Both the position numbers and the translations under genes were made by a program. Shown here one piece after another: positions 51,851-64,000 of a stretch of DNA of 64,000 nt. The notes under the pieces are model-generated. The model ran no database searches, was not told the origin of the DNA, and worked only from the letters and a program-made list of their open reading frames with translations. Origin of the DNA: Epiperipatus broadwayi (lineage: Eukaryota > Animalia > Onychophora); assembly GCA_028023455.1 (NCBI GenBank), contig JAQFVV010000003.1:2976001-3040000 (forward strand), read 5' to 3'. Each line of letters begins with the position of its first letter. The stretch's first letter is position 1.

Positions 51851-54800
51851 AGATTATCTAACTAAATATTATAAACTATACCAATCAGTAAATTAATAGT
51901 GGGTTCTCACTTTGTATTAATTATTTGAATCACTTTTGAGTTCATTTTTTGAATCAATTAATTTTCATTAATCACTCAATTAATAAATCATCTACTTTAT
52001 TCAAAATTTTCCTAATTTGTCCTGATATTAATTATTTTCTTGCCTATATTAATATATTTATTAAATGAATGTGTTTTTAGTCTATTCTAAAAATATTTTT
52101 GTCTATGATTGCTCAACTTCAAATTTTATTGTTGATTTATGATCAATCATACCTTATTGTGATACACTTTGATCATTGGATCTTATACTTTGGATCACAT
52201 AGTCAATTTATGCATCACAATGAGCTTCCATATTTAACAGAATGCATTATCTCTGGTTTCATTAGTTAAGACTAAAGATTATATACAACAGTTTTAATAG
52301 CATTGTATATATTATAATATACATGCAAGTAAAATCTCTAATTATGTTAATAGCCAAATTATTAGGAAAAAAGATATTTAATTTTAGAAATCATTCTTTT
52401 TCCATAAAAACACTTGAGTTTACCTCCCATCAAAGAAATCTCAGTGAAAATACATGAACTTTAATTACTGTGACAAAATAACTTAAATATTTGGAACAAA
52501 AAAGAAACTAAATTTAAAATTCAACAGAGCAACAAATTTTATAGATATGGAATTACATTAAAAAAATTAATTAATAAAATAAACATTGCTAAAAATAAAC
52601 AAAGAGGTTTGCTAATTGCTCAACAAGATTTGTGATAAATGCTTAGCAAGAGAAAGCACTTAAAAGAAATGGGATCATGTGATATATGACTCTATTGTTT
52701 TGACTCTTATTGTTTATATCGCTAAAAATCCTTGAGTAGCTTTGTAATTAATAATTAAATAAACCATCTGGAAATTGTATTATAAAATATTTAGGAATTG
52801 TTAAAATCTTATTTAAAATTGTAAAAAAAAAAAAAAAAGAACCACTGCAAGGCATAACACAATCATGAAAATGCATACATTTGCCCACCTATTTACACAA
52901 ACACATATGTATTTAGTGCATATCAAATATTATATAAAATAATACAACTTTATTGTTTGGGTATAAAAATATGGATATGTTATAATAGTCTAAAAATCCC
53001 TGTGCAATGATATAGAAACAAATTTGAAAATTAAATATTCTTGAATCAGTTTTCAATCAAATGAAATTTTTAAAAAATTGACTTATCAAAAATGTGCTCA
53101 AATGCCATGTAGGTTATTTCTATTGACATAGTTGTTTGATTTTATAATATAAAAAGATTATTAAAGTTTGTAGTACAGCTCTAATCAGTGAGATGACAGA
53201 ATATATTGTATTGAGAACATGACAAATGGTAGCACATTATTACCAATGATGAAATAATAATTAAATGATTTTACTGCTCAGGAGGGACAGTTAGGATGAT
53301 TCATAAGCATTAGTCACTAAAACCTGTCACTTTATCACTGCTTCAAACCATTCAGAACATCACCAATGATGATCATGTTTTATTGCTTGGTTGTGCTTAA
53401 TTGCATGACCTGCTTCTGGTTGCAGAACTTAGCATAAATACAGATACACCAGTGTGACCATATGTGTATATAAAGAATGTACATTTATCAAGGCTTATTC
53501 ATCCATGGCTGCTCAATACATTTGCTTTATAAATAGATTAAATAATTTATTTATTTAAAATTTTGAAACTATATCTTGAAATTACAAATTTTCAAAATAA
53601 AAATTATACCTTAGCTTTTTTTCTAGAATTAAAATTTATAATGCTTTTGTTTAATTTATATATACTATAAAAGATTATTAATTTAAAAATACAGCAAAAT
53701 GTGTAATAATTTCATTGTAGTATTTTAAAATAATCATAATCTTAAAATAATATTTTTTTAAAAATATTTTACATATCAAAATTTCAAAAGAAATATTTTT
53801 ATTCTTTTTAAAATGCATAGATTAGATCAGTGGAGTTATCATAATGCACATAAAAGGTAAAATTATCTTTTGAAATAAATAATCCATTGGGAGTACAAAC
53901 TTTTCCAACATTTTCTCATAAAGAAACAAAGTGCATAAACTTGCCAATTTCCAGATGATAATGATTTGAACAATTTTCCATTTCTTTTTTAACCTCTGCC
54001 TAAGAATAGATAGATACCCATTTATTGATCATTATTGGGTGGTTAGCTGGCTTGACTATGGCCACCTATTTGGAAAAAAATTATTGTAAAAAAAACTTCA
54101 TTTTGATCTAAATTCAAATCATAGATATACTAGTCAGATGTACAATACAGTCCTTGATACAATGTATATACATATCTCACACATACATTCTCTCACTCTG
54201 ATTTTTAGATTTTCCTTCCTGTCTATCTCTAATTCATTTGAAAAGGTTTTTTTTTTCCTATAGTTAAAATTTTAATTTCCCAAGAGGTTTCTAACTGTAA
54301 TGAATTTTTTATTTGATCTATACTTAAGATTCTATTCTCAGCTGTTTCACTAAATTAATTCAACTATCTCTTAAAAATTAATTGTCTTTCAATTATTTAT
54401 ATATATCTGATTTTAAACAAGTGGAAAAACAATTATTTATCCGCCTGCCACGTGAACTGAATTCAAATTAGAGTATACCTCAGAAATTTTTAAGTTAGCC
54501 ACCTAAAACTTAATCTTGATTAAAACGAGAATTTGCTACTGATCAGTATTGTTTAAGTTGAGATCGTGTGATTGCATTTTTAATTAACTTCATAAAAAAA
54601 AGCAATATAGCATATGTTTAGGGTAACAAGTTAAACAAATCTCTTTTAAAATAAATGTGGGAGAAGAATTGGTATTTGTTAAATCATAATTTGATTTTAT
54701 TATTTTTCCTTATATGAAACTTAAACTTTTATGTTTATTTACTCTACAATTTTAAATATATATATATATATATACACCTTAATATTTATGCACTGAATTA

Positions 54801-56391
54801 TAAAAGTAAATACCAGTGTCATTGTGCCATTTGAATGTTATTAGCCCTATTATTATGAGCATTTGACTGCCAATGTATACTAACTTGATTTTCATGTGAT
54901 TTTTGAAACCAATCAAACATGAAGAATGAGAATTTCCTATATGTAAATATATATTTATAGATATAATAAACACCTCCACACTTCCCCACTCTTTTCAAAT
55001 TCATATAAATAAAGATATAATAAAAGACAAATGACCCCAAGATCATTATCTGCCTATATATATATATATATATATGCAGACACTTACATGCACAGAATGT
55101 TAAATTTATTTATTTTTAATCTGAAAAACTGTTGTATTAATTGCGAGTGTTACTAAAAAAAAAAAAAAAAAAACTCCATGTACAGATTAAACTTTTTTCT
55201 TTGATTAATTAATAACAGGAAAGGCTGAAACCTTTGTAAAATTAACTGTAAAATTAGCAGAGGGGTGGGAGTGGGAACCTTTAATAAAAAAGCAATTTAA
55301 ATAAAAAATTGTTCTGTAGTTTAAGCGGAGAGAAAGTGGCTGAAATGAGAGCTAAAAGTTCCTGTTTCGAAGTTTAAATATTGTTTTTAGTGTATGGATA
55401 TCACATGACTCCTGGGCAAGAAACTATTACATTATTTTTATTAAAAATGTATCAGAAATGGGTACTTACGGATAACTTACTTATGTTAAAGACATATGAG
55501 GAACATGTATTGCATCCATTCCATAATTATATGATAGTAGCAATTATTAATGCCTAATGTTTTAATGATTTGAACAAAACATTAACAGAAAGAAGAAAAC
55601 CCATTTTTCATAATCAAAGCAAGAATATAAATTTAAACTTATTTTTTCTTTAAATTAATAATTATTTTTACAAAAGTTCGATGCTATTCGCCAGACAGAT
55701 TTGTTCTAAGGAAAACCAGTTTATTACTATTAAGCCGAATGCATAAGATAATACATTCTATTTTTTCTTTTTATCAGTAGAAGGCACACAATTCTGAAGT
55801 TTGCTAATCAGTAGTAAATAATAATCATGTGAGTGTAATTGTGGTCACATAAATCTTGGAGTACCCTAAGGGCTGATTGAGCATTTAAAGTTCAATTTAA
55901 TTGATCTGAACTAATTTTTTTTTTTTTTTACATATGTATTCAAAAGGCAGAATGATAATAAGAAGCTTCTTCCTATAAACTCTAAAAAAATAATAATGGG
56001 CACCATGATTTAACTCTATGAGTTGGTGAGTCCATTAAAAATGGACAGCTATTCAAAAATTGGTCTTAAAAATCTATTTAAAATGTCTATCTAGTATCAA
56101 TGATTATTCTGTGCTTATCCAGATATGTACTACTATCAAAAACATTATCAGTTAATTCCTCACATAATCGTTTCTAATCATAATTCTTTGTTTTTCTTTT
56201 TAATTAGATATTCCTACTTTAAGATATCTATAAACCTCTCATTTTTCTGTCTTCCTTTCCTCCTAATTTCCTCTCATTGCTAATATATCTGTCCTAAAAC
56301 ACTTGGGGAAATGATTCCATTAAAAGTGTAGCTTATTAATAATTTGTGTGTGTATGTAATAGGGCTTGCTCACAATAATACTAATCATACA

Positions 56392-56492
56392 AGCTGAGAA
56401 GTTAGCACAGATGCCTTGCAAGCAAGAAAATGGTTGCAGATGGTTGTTGCGGGTTCAACTCCCAGCCGATGCTATGACATATGAAAAAAAAA
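56392..56492 (+). mobile_element. tRNA-Gly-derived SINE, decayed 5' part
   Basis: GGGTTCAACTCCCAGCCGATGC-TATGACATATG-A9 matches the family tail. Confidence 0.75.
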
Positions 56493-56729
56493 TGAATGTG
56501 CGAGAGGAAACCAATGTTTCAGATGTACCATTGGTATTAAGATTTCCTCTCACTTGAATTATATATATAGATTGCTAATATATTGATTACTTACAAATAT
56601 ATATTCAAATCACCAATCACGATATGATGTGATGCACTATGGCTCCTCCTTTATCAGAGTCAGAAATCTCTTAGTCACTATGACTAGAGAAACCTATTAG
56701 CTATCTTGCCCTCTCTTTCTATTCCCCAC

Positions 56730-59700
56730 CCTAAGTTTTTCCCATATTCTTCTATATCTTGCTCAATCCCATTTCCACATCATCTTTGCCCCTATGCCTT
56801 TATATCTAGATTCCCCTTATCTTTTTCCAAACCCAGCATAAAAACCAAGAACCTACATTCTGTATAATCACTTTGTTCATATTTATTCTCCCACAACTTC
56901 ATTATTTGTATCCTTTCTGTTTGTAAGCATTTTCATTTAATTAACAGATGCCAAATATTTTCCATGTTTTCCTCACATAATTTGTAGATTAAATCACCCA
57001 TATTCCTCCATTTACATGTATATTCCCCTGTTGCTAATGATCTTCTTCAAGCCTTAAACAGTAAACTATTTTCCTTGCTATTATCATAAATTAACTCACA
57101 CCCAATATTTTGTTTACTTCTATATATATTTAAACTCTTCTTCTCTCCATACTAGTTCTCTATCTCTTCAACTCCATGTTTTTTATTAATACATGTATTC
57201 TTCTATCCCATTCTTTGCCATTATAACATGCAACAATTCTTCTAACACAATAACCTATCATTTGTACAAGTATACTTATTCAAATCTTCTGCATATCATA
57301 CTACCTTTCTCACCCATCTTTTGTTGCCTGTCCTTTACTTGTAACCTAATTAATTACTATTTTGGCTATTCTCTTACTATACATAACTTGCAATCTACCA
57401 AACATTTTCATTTTGCTTTTTGCATCTCTCATATAAAAACTTGACCATCCCATTTCTCCTTGAATTGCTTCCTTTGCCATCCACACATTTGCATCTAATG
57501 CATGTCTTCCTACTTCTCTTTGTGCTTTTTCTAAGTAATCTAACAATCCTTTATTAACACATAATGCATCATTACCATAAGTTAAACCTGGTACTGTCAC
57601 TCCCTTCCATATAATTTTTGCTACATTATATTTATTATATGAAAACACTGTTAATTTCTTTATCAGTCCTTTCTTTTCTTCGTTTCATTTGTCAATTTTT
57701 TTTCCCCATTCATCCAAGCAATTTCTCTGATTACTTAAGACAATTCCCAAATAGTTATGCCTATTTGCCATATTTAACTTTATATCCCTAATAAATTCTT
57801 TCTCTTCTCTTTTCTCAGCATGTATCATTATTACTTTTGATTTGTCTTCACTAAATTTAATCCTCATCTCTTTGCCCATCCTTGTGGACATCTTCATCAT
57901 AACTTCCGCATCTTCCCTACTTTCTGTGCACAAGAAGATATCATCAACAAATAAAAAAAACCTGATAGTATATACACTCCCTTTCCATCTGTTAATAGTA
58001 TTTCTACCCTCTTCCTAGTCTTTCTATTACCCTCTCCATTTCTTTCAAATATAAAAAAAAAAAACAATATAGTTGATATAGGGCATCCTTGTCTTAGTCC
58101 CACTTCCTTTTTAACTCTAACTGATTCTATATTTCCTAATTGATATGTATAGTAATTATTTTCATACATTCTTTTAATAAGATCCACTAAAGCTCCATTC
58201 ATTCCCAAATTTCTAAGTTTACCCATAATCTATTTCTATTTACTCTATCATATGCTTTCTTTAAATCTATAAAGACTACATATAACTGTCTACCTATATT
58301 CCTATTCATATCTATAAGTTATGTAACTACAAATAAACTATCTTCTATACATCTATCCAATTTAAAACCTACTTGCATTTCTCCCACTATATTATTTTCT
58401 TCCATCCATTTTGCCACCCTTCGCAAAAACTTTATATAACACTGATGTTACGACTATTTGGTTTATAATTGTTTAACTTTCTATGGTTCTTACCTTTTTC
58501 TTTAAATAATAACTGTATTCTTATAATATTCCAGCTATCTGGAAATTCTGTCTTCTGTTATATCTTATTAAAACACAATAATAAATTTAATTTTGCACTA
58601 TCTCACAAATTCATCACCATCTATCTCTATTGCCCATCCATCTAAACCTCTTGCCTTTCCATCTTTCAATTTCTTCCTTTCCTCATTCAATTTATTTTCT
58701 GTAAAACTAATATTTCCATAACTACATGCTTTTATGTTTGCTAACACTATGTCCTTCACATCTAACATCTTTTATACATCCATTACATATTTATTTAAGA
58801 TTGTCTTTAATTCTTCTCTAGAGCTACACTATTTTTCCTCATTATCTAGTAATATTATTTCTCTCTCCCCTACATTCCTTCTTTTAATATATTTCCAAAA
58901 TTTTCAACTCCCATCTTTTCCACTTTTATTAATAACCTTTAATAATTTACTATTTCATTTCATTCTTTCTTTATAATTATCTATTTTAGCCAACTTTTTT
59001 TTAAAAAAATAGTTTTCCCATTTAATATTAACATTTTTTTCATTTTCTTTGTTTTTAATAGCACATTTATATACTCTGCATGCTTTCTTCCATTCTTTTT
59101 CATTTTACTAATTCTCACTTTTCTATTTTATTCTTCTGAATTATTCTCACCTAACACCCAATTTGCCAGTTTTTCTATTTCATCACACTAGTCCTTATAT
59201 TTATCCCCAATAAACTCTTCCATGATTTCTTCTATTTTTATTTTATATTCTTCTAACTTATTCTTATCATTCATATCTCCAGCCACATCTTTAACTATTC
59301 TTTCTACTTTTATTACTATTTTTCATCCCATTACTAACCATTTCTATTATAAAAAAAATTATGATCATCACTATTACATACTCTCTCTTCATTATCACAC
59401 ACTAATTTTCTGTTCTTTATTTATTTCTTCTTTCTCTATTAATACATATACATAATCTATGGTATGAAATGTATTATTTCTAGTCCATATGTATTGCCCC
59501 TCATAAATATTTGATAAATTTCCATTGCTCAAATTTATTCTCTGACAAAAAAATTTCAAAAGCTATTCATTCTTGTTATTCATATCAGTTTCTTCAATAT
59601 TCCCATTCATATCCCCTATAATCATTATTTTCTTCCTACCTTTTTTAAAACTCTGTATATCTTTAATTAGGCATTCATATAAGCTATTGTTCCAATCCAT

Positions 59701-60107
59701 TATAGTTTGACTATCTCCAGTAACCATATACACTATAGCCACCATCCATTCTTGTCATCCTAACATCATCTCAAACCACAAATGTTCTTGCTAATTTACA
59801 GTATTTAAATATTTTTTTGACATAACTCTTATACCACCACCTGTTTCACTTTTTCTTTTCTATTTATACCCAGCCATACTAAATCTTCCAGTGTAGATTC
59901 TTCTTCTCTTAGATGTGTTTCCACTACTGCTAATACCTCAATGCCTTTGTTTTTAACTGCTTTGTTTAATTCGAGCCACTTTTCTAATATAATACCACCT
60001 TGTATATTCAAATATTCAATTTTAACAATTTCTTTCTTTCTTACTACCCTTTTATATTCTTTTGACTCTTTCTCCTCTATTACATTTGTAATTAGTTTGT
60101 CTATCAT
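56730..60107 (-). pseudogene. LINE ORF2: AP endonuclease + reverse transcriptase + C-terminal zinc knuckle
   Basis: YLNIQG..VLAVVETHL, IIGDMNG, GLRQGCPISTILF, FSEDKSKV, YLG, GVTVPGLTYG, AIQGEMGWSSF, KLC..E...HLL. Disrupted by stops and frameshifts. Confidence 0.9.
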
Positions 60108-60199
60108 TAGTTTTTATAGACCCATTCCCTCTCCATATCTATATCTAAATCAGCTACCATTTGTTTATTTCTTACATCCCATCCATTTTTAACCTTCTT

Positions 60200-61107
60200 T
60201 TTGATAAAACTGTAATTTAAAACCTACCCTTTTTATGTTTCCCAAACTAATATTTTTCATAAATCAAATCCCCTAATGCTTCACTTCCTCATTTTTCTAA
60301 GTGCAATCCATCTTTACTATATAAATCCTTTTACTAATAAAAAAATCTCACACATTCATAAATATTATTTCTCTCATATATTTTTTTCAATTTATCATTT
60401 ATAGAACATGCCCTATCTAACATATACCTATTATCAAACCATGATAGTAATCCAACTACCCCTACTCTTTCTTTAACCTTATTCAAATTACTAATCAATT
60501 CTTTGTACTCATCCATTATTCTCTCCAATGGATCTGACAAAATATTTGTTTCTACCATAACATAAATATTTCTATTCCCTTATTTCTTTATCTTATCTGT
60601 AACATCCTAATTATAATTCCAGGCAAACATACTCTTACATATCTATTTCAATTTTCCCTTGCAATTACATCTTGCATCCTCTAATTAGTAAGTTCCCTAT
60701 CAAGACTGTCTCATAGGTTACTTTCCATTCTCTTCCACCTTCTGAACTTCTTTATCTATTTCTTCCTTATCATTTCTATACATTAATTCCTTGATCTGCC
60801 CACACTCCATCATCCATATCTCTTATCAGTCCACTAAATATATACTCTATTCTATCTTCCTTATTTACATTTTCCTCCATTTATCCTGATTTTTTTATTT
60901 AAACTATTTTACACTTAGAAACCATTTTCCTATCTCTTTTATCACATTTATATCTAATTTACACAACCATACACTTTTTATATCCTCCTTAATTTTATTT
61001 AAGCATTTCAAATGTAAAACCTTATCATGTGTGATACACTCTACCAAAACATGTCTAATTTCCTTCTGACCATCATACATACCTTGTGGAATACAAATGC
61101 AATTCAC
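60200..61107 (-). pseudogene. LINE ORF1: N-terminal PHD finger and SGNH/GDSL esterase domain
   Basis: PHD: CIC...VEC..(H)DKVLHLKC...WLC. Esterase blocks: (G>*)DSL 60713-60702, RVCLPG 60635-60618, MVETN (GTN), VVGLL...IND.LK, DGLHL 60312-60298. Confidence 0.8.
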
Positions 61108-61540
61108 ATTTCCTTATTTTTCTACTATTCTTCAAACCTCTTTATACAAAAAGAAAAAAAAAACTTTTTTAAAAAAATGGTGATCGATTAGTACATGCTC
61201 TCCCCTAACCTTGCACCTCAAATGTTATCATCTTTCTTAAATAAATCACTCTCTTATTTAAATTGAATAACAAACCTCCTAAAATCCAACTACTCTTACA
61301 TAGTCTTAAAGCCTCCTTGTACTAAACACACACACACACAAAAATATTTTTCTTTTTATATTTAAAATGGTGTATCGAATCACTTTCCAAACATTAGTAA
61401 TATTTTCCTGATCTTTCGAAATTCAATTAAATCTATCTCTCTGTGCTCCAACTCCCTTTTCTCATCCACTCACTAATCAAATATTCTCCAGCAACACAAA
61501 ATTTTCCAGATGATATTAAAAGTAAATAAAACTTTCTAAC

Positions 61541-62080
61541 TTATCTTGCAAAACAAATCAGATGGAAAATCATATCACATATGGTACACTCTACCAAAGC
61601 ACACTTAATTTCCTTCTGATCATCATACATACATATTGGGATACAAATGCAATCCATATTTCATTATTTTACTCTATATTTAAATTTATGATTTTTTTTC
61701 TACTCTTCAAACTTCATTATACAAAAGGAAGAAAAAATTTTTTTCTTTTTTTTTTAAATAGTGATTGACAAACATGTGCTCCCCTAACCTTACACCTCAA
61801 ATGTTATCCTCTTTCTCAAATAAATCATTCTGTTGCTTAAATTGAATAGCAAACCTCCTAAAATCCAACTAATCTTACATATGACTTAATTTTAAAGCCT
61901 CCTTGCATAAACACATACACACAAAAACATTTTTCCTTTTATATTTAAAATGACATATTAAATCACTTTCCAAACAGTAGCAATATTTTTCTCAATCTTT
62001 TCAAATCCAATTAAATCCATCTCACTGCATTCCAATTCTTTTTCCTCATCCATTCACTAAGCAAATATTCTCCAACAACA
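61541..62080 (-). mobile_element. Second LINE 5' end (5'UTR + PHD start) in tandem upstream of the full-length copy
   Basis: Collinear with ~61000-61500. 61657-61541 translates MDCICIPICMYDDQKEIKCALVECTICDMIFHLICFAR*. Confidence 0.85.
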
Positions 62081-62803
62081 GATGTGATGTTAAGATATTT
62101 GAGCAACACCCTCTGTGAACATATATAAATTCTGAACTTCAAACAGCTAAATCCAATATATATACAAGTAATGACAATTGTGAATATATATATATATATA
62201 TGCAATGTTCAAAATTACCATTTCATAATAACTATTGTTATGACAATTGATATACTCTCTAACTTCAGCATTTGACAATATGTTATACATACTGTAATCT
62301 TTAAATATATGTAAAATTACTAAATATCACAAAGAGGAAGGAAAAAAATTATTAATATAATTCAATTTATGCTCTTTATGTATCGATTAATACCTTAGTA
62401 GATGATTTTCAAATAAATCATATGCAGAAACTACAAAGTTTTTAATAAAATATAGTTCTAATATTAACATTTTCGATACCCAAAATTGTTCTCCACATGT
62501 TATTGTTGGCTATCTTATACCTATGAGTAATTTTCTTACTTTATATACAATTATTATGATTCTGATTGAAGCAGTTACACATAAAGATCAAATAAATGTT
62601 GATTGAGAAACTCCATATGATTCAGCTGTTATTAGTATTGCAAAAATTATACTTTGGACACAAGCTAAACTGTCTAACTTTTTTTTCTTTAAATTCAATT
62701 AAATTAAATATTTAATCATTTTACTCTTACCTCAATTTTCCAAACAAAACAATGTGACATTATTATTATTTTTTAATGCAATATGCGAAAGATGCCGATC
62801 CTT

Positions 62804-62912
62804 TTTTCTCTCTCTTATGTGACATAGCATCAGCCAGGAAGCGAACCCGCTAACCCAGGACAACTGCTTGTAAAACAGCTGTCGCTGACCTCTCGACCAC
62901 CAATGTGTGACT
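62804..62912 (-). mobile_element. tRNA-Gly-derived SINE
   Basis: ACATTGGTGGTCGAGAGGTCAGC...GGGTTCGCTTCCTGGCTGATGC-TATGTCAC tail. 15-bp TSD AAGATGCCGATCCTT / AAGATGCAGATACTT (62789-62803, 62913-62927). Confidence 0.85.
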
Positions 62913-63315
62913 AAGATGCAGATACTTCTTTAAAAAAACACACACATACAATTAATTTATGCAACCTTTTACATTGTGGACATGTCACATTTCATATGAA
63001 ATAAAAGTATGAAACTGATTGTTCTTGTTAAAAAGTGATAGAACAGGGCCAAAAGTCACACTGTAGAATATATTCTTAAAGTAAATATATTACCTATCCA
63101 ATTTCTTGATACTAAGCAATAACAAGGAACAACTAATGATTGTCAAATGATTATAACTTGGTGTACAATCCATATATATATATACTCATTTGTATACAAT
63201 AGATGATTTGATTAAATGTATAATTCAGTTTAATGCATTTTTGTATACATATATCAAATATGTCTGTAGACATTGCAATTAGTAAATAAGGGAAATGTAA
63301 ATATATAAGCAATTT

Positions 63316-63571
63316 GTGATAAATATGTTGAACTATTTCAGTCATCTATCAGTAAATGTCGAATGTATAGAAAATTTTAAATTTTATTTAAACTTTTCAA
63401 ATACAAAAAACTTGTTAGTAATAATACAAAAAATTAGACTAACAAGTTGTTTGTATTTGAAAAGTTTAAATAAAGTTTAAAATTTTCTATGCATTCAACA
63501 TTTACTGCTAAATGATGGAAATAGTCCAACATATCACGTCTAATGTACCATCATCACATACCTTCAGGCAA
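63316..63571. mobile_element. Solo palindromic PLE-pLTR derivative with 13-bp flanking direct repeat
   Basis: Arms 63316-63419 and 63438-63537, 18-nt loop, unpaired tail to 63571. ATATAAGCAATTT at 63303-63315 and 63572-63584. Arms match the PLE leader and ORF start (ATG ATG GAA ATA GTC CAA CAT). Confidence 0.8.
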
Positions 63572-64000
63572 ATATAAGCAATTTAGAAAGGTAATAGCAT
63601 CCAAGCATAGCTCAGATTAAAGCATATCTAATAAAAATAAATTTTTACAAGTCTTCATTCGTAAAGCTATGAGTATGAAATTAGAATACTAAATCTCGAA
63701 AGCGTTAAGCAGGCATATTAAATATTATAATATAATTACAGCTTCACTAACGCATGCGAAAAAATCGCATATGTATAATTACAATTTTTATTGGTGAAGA
63801 GAAAAACAATTTATTACAAAAATAAATTTATAATTTCTCAAAAATAATTGCAAGATGCTAATTAAAAGTCCAGAATATTTCACCAATTCAAATTCCAGGA
63901 AAATAATAGGGACCAAGGAGATTATATAAAAATCAAAGTAATGGTATCTTGTGTTATTTGCTAAAGTGAAATAGTATTGATAGATACACAAATTCTTGCC

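Larger units (their letters stand above)
56680..61500 (-). mobile_element. Near full-length decayed LINE: 5'UTR, ORF1 (PHD + SGNH esterase), ORF2 (APE-RT-CCHC); RTEX/CR1/L2-like, clade unresolved
   Basis: ORF track pieces and manual translation; see the ORF1 and ORF2 entries. Confidence 0.9.

Noticed and set aside
53280-53530. LTR-like stretch with TATA-like and poly(A)-like signals
   Set aside because: No defined termini, TSD or second copy.
60904-61107. Initially read as the C-terminal CCHC knuckle of another LINE ORF2
   Set aside because: The duplicate copy (VECTICDMIFHLIC), the downstream W-x-C and the position upstream of the esterase fit a PHD finger in ORF1 better.

Overview
Very AT-rich eukaryotic non-coding DNA, most likely intergenic or intronic sequence from an arthropod-like invertebrate (inferred). 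No host protein-coding exon could be supported; the window is a layered transposon graveyard. (1) An APE-type LINE family has four decayed copies. One (about 56.7-61.5 kb, minus strand) is essentially full length: ORF1 is a PHD finger plus SGNH/GDSL esterase, and ORF2 is APE-RT-CCHC. (2) A Penelope-like element (PLE; RT + GIY-YIG) family has two coding copies and two non-coding derivatives. Its terminal repeat (pLTR) contains, in order, a tRNA-derived Pol III A/B-box module, a decayed type I hammerhead ribozyme, an AT-rich leader and the ORF start (MEIVQ). (3) A better-preserved minimal hammerhead lies at 136-175. (4) Also present: a tRNA-Gly-derived short SINE family with TSDs, hAT-type MITEs with 8-bp TSDs, a Tc1-like relic, a CpG-rich 2.18-kb TGTAACGA...TCGTTACA element in a TA microsatellite, and several long fold-back palindromes, one resembling a locally templated inverted duplication. 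All alignments, translations and folds were done by eye. Boundaries of decayed elements are approximate.
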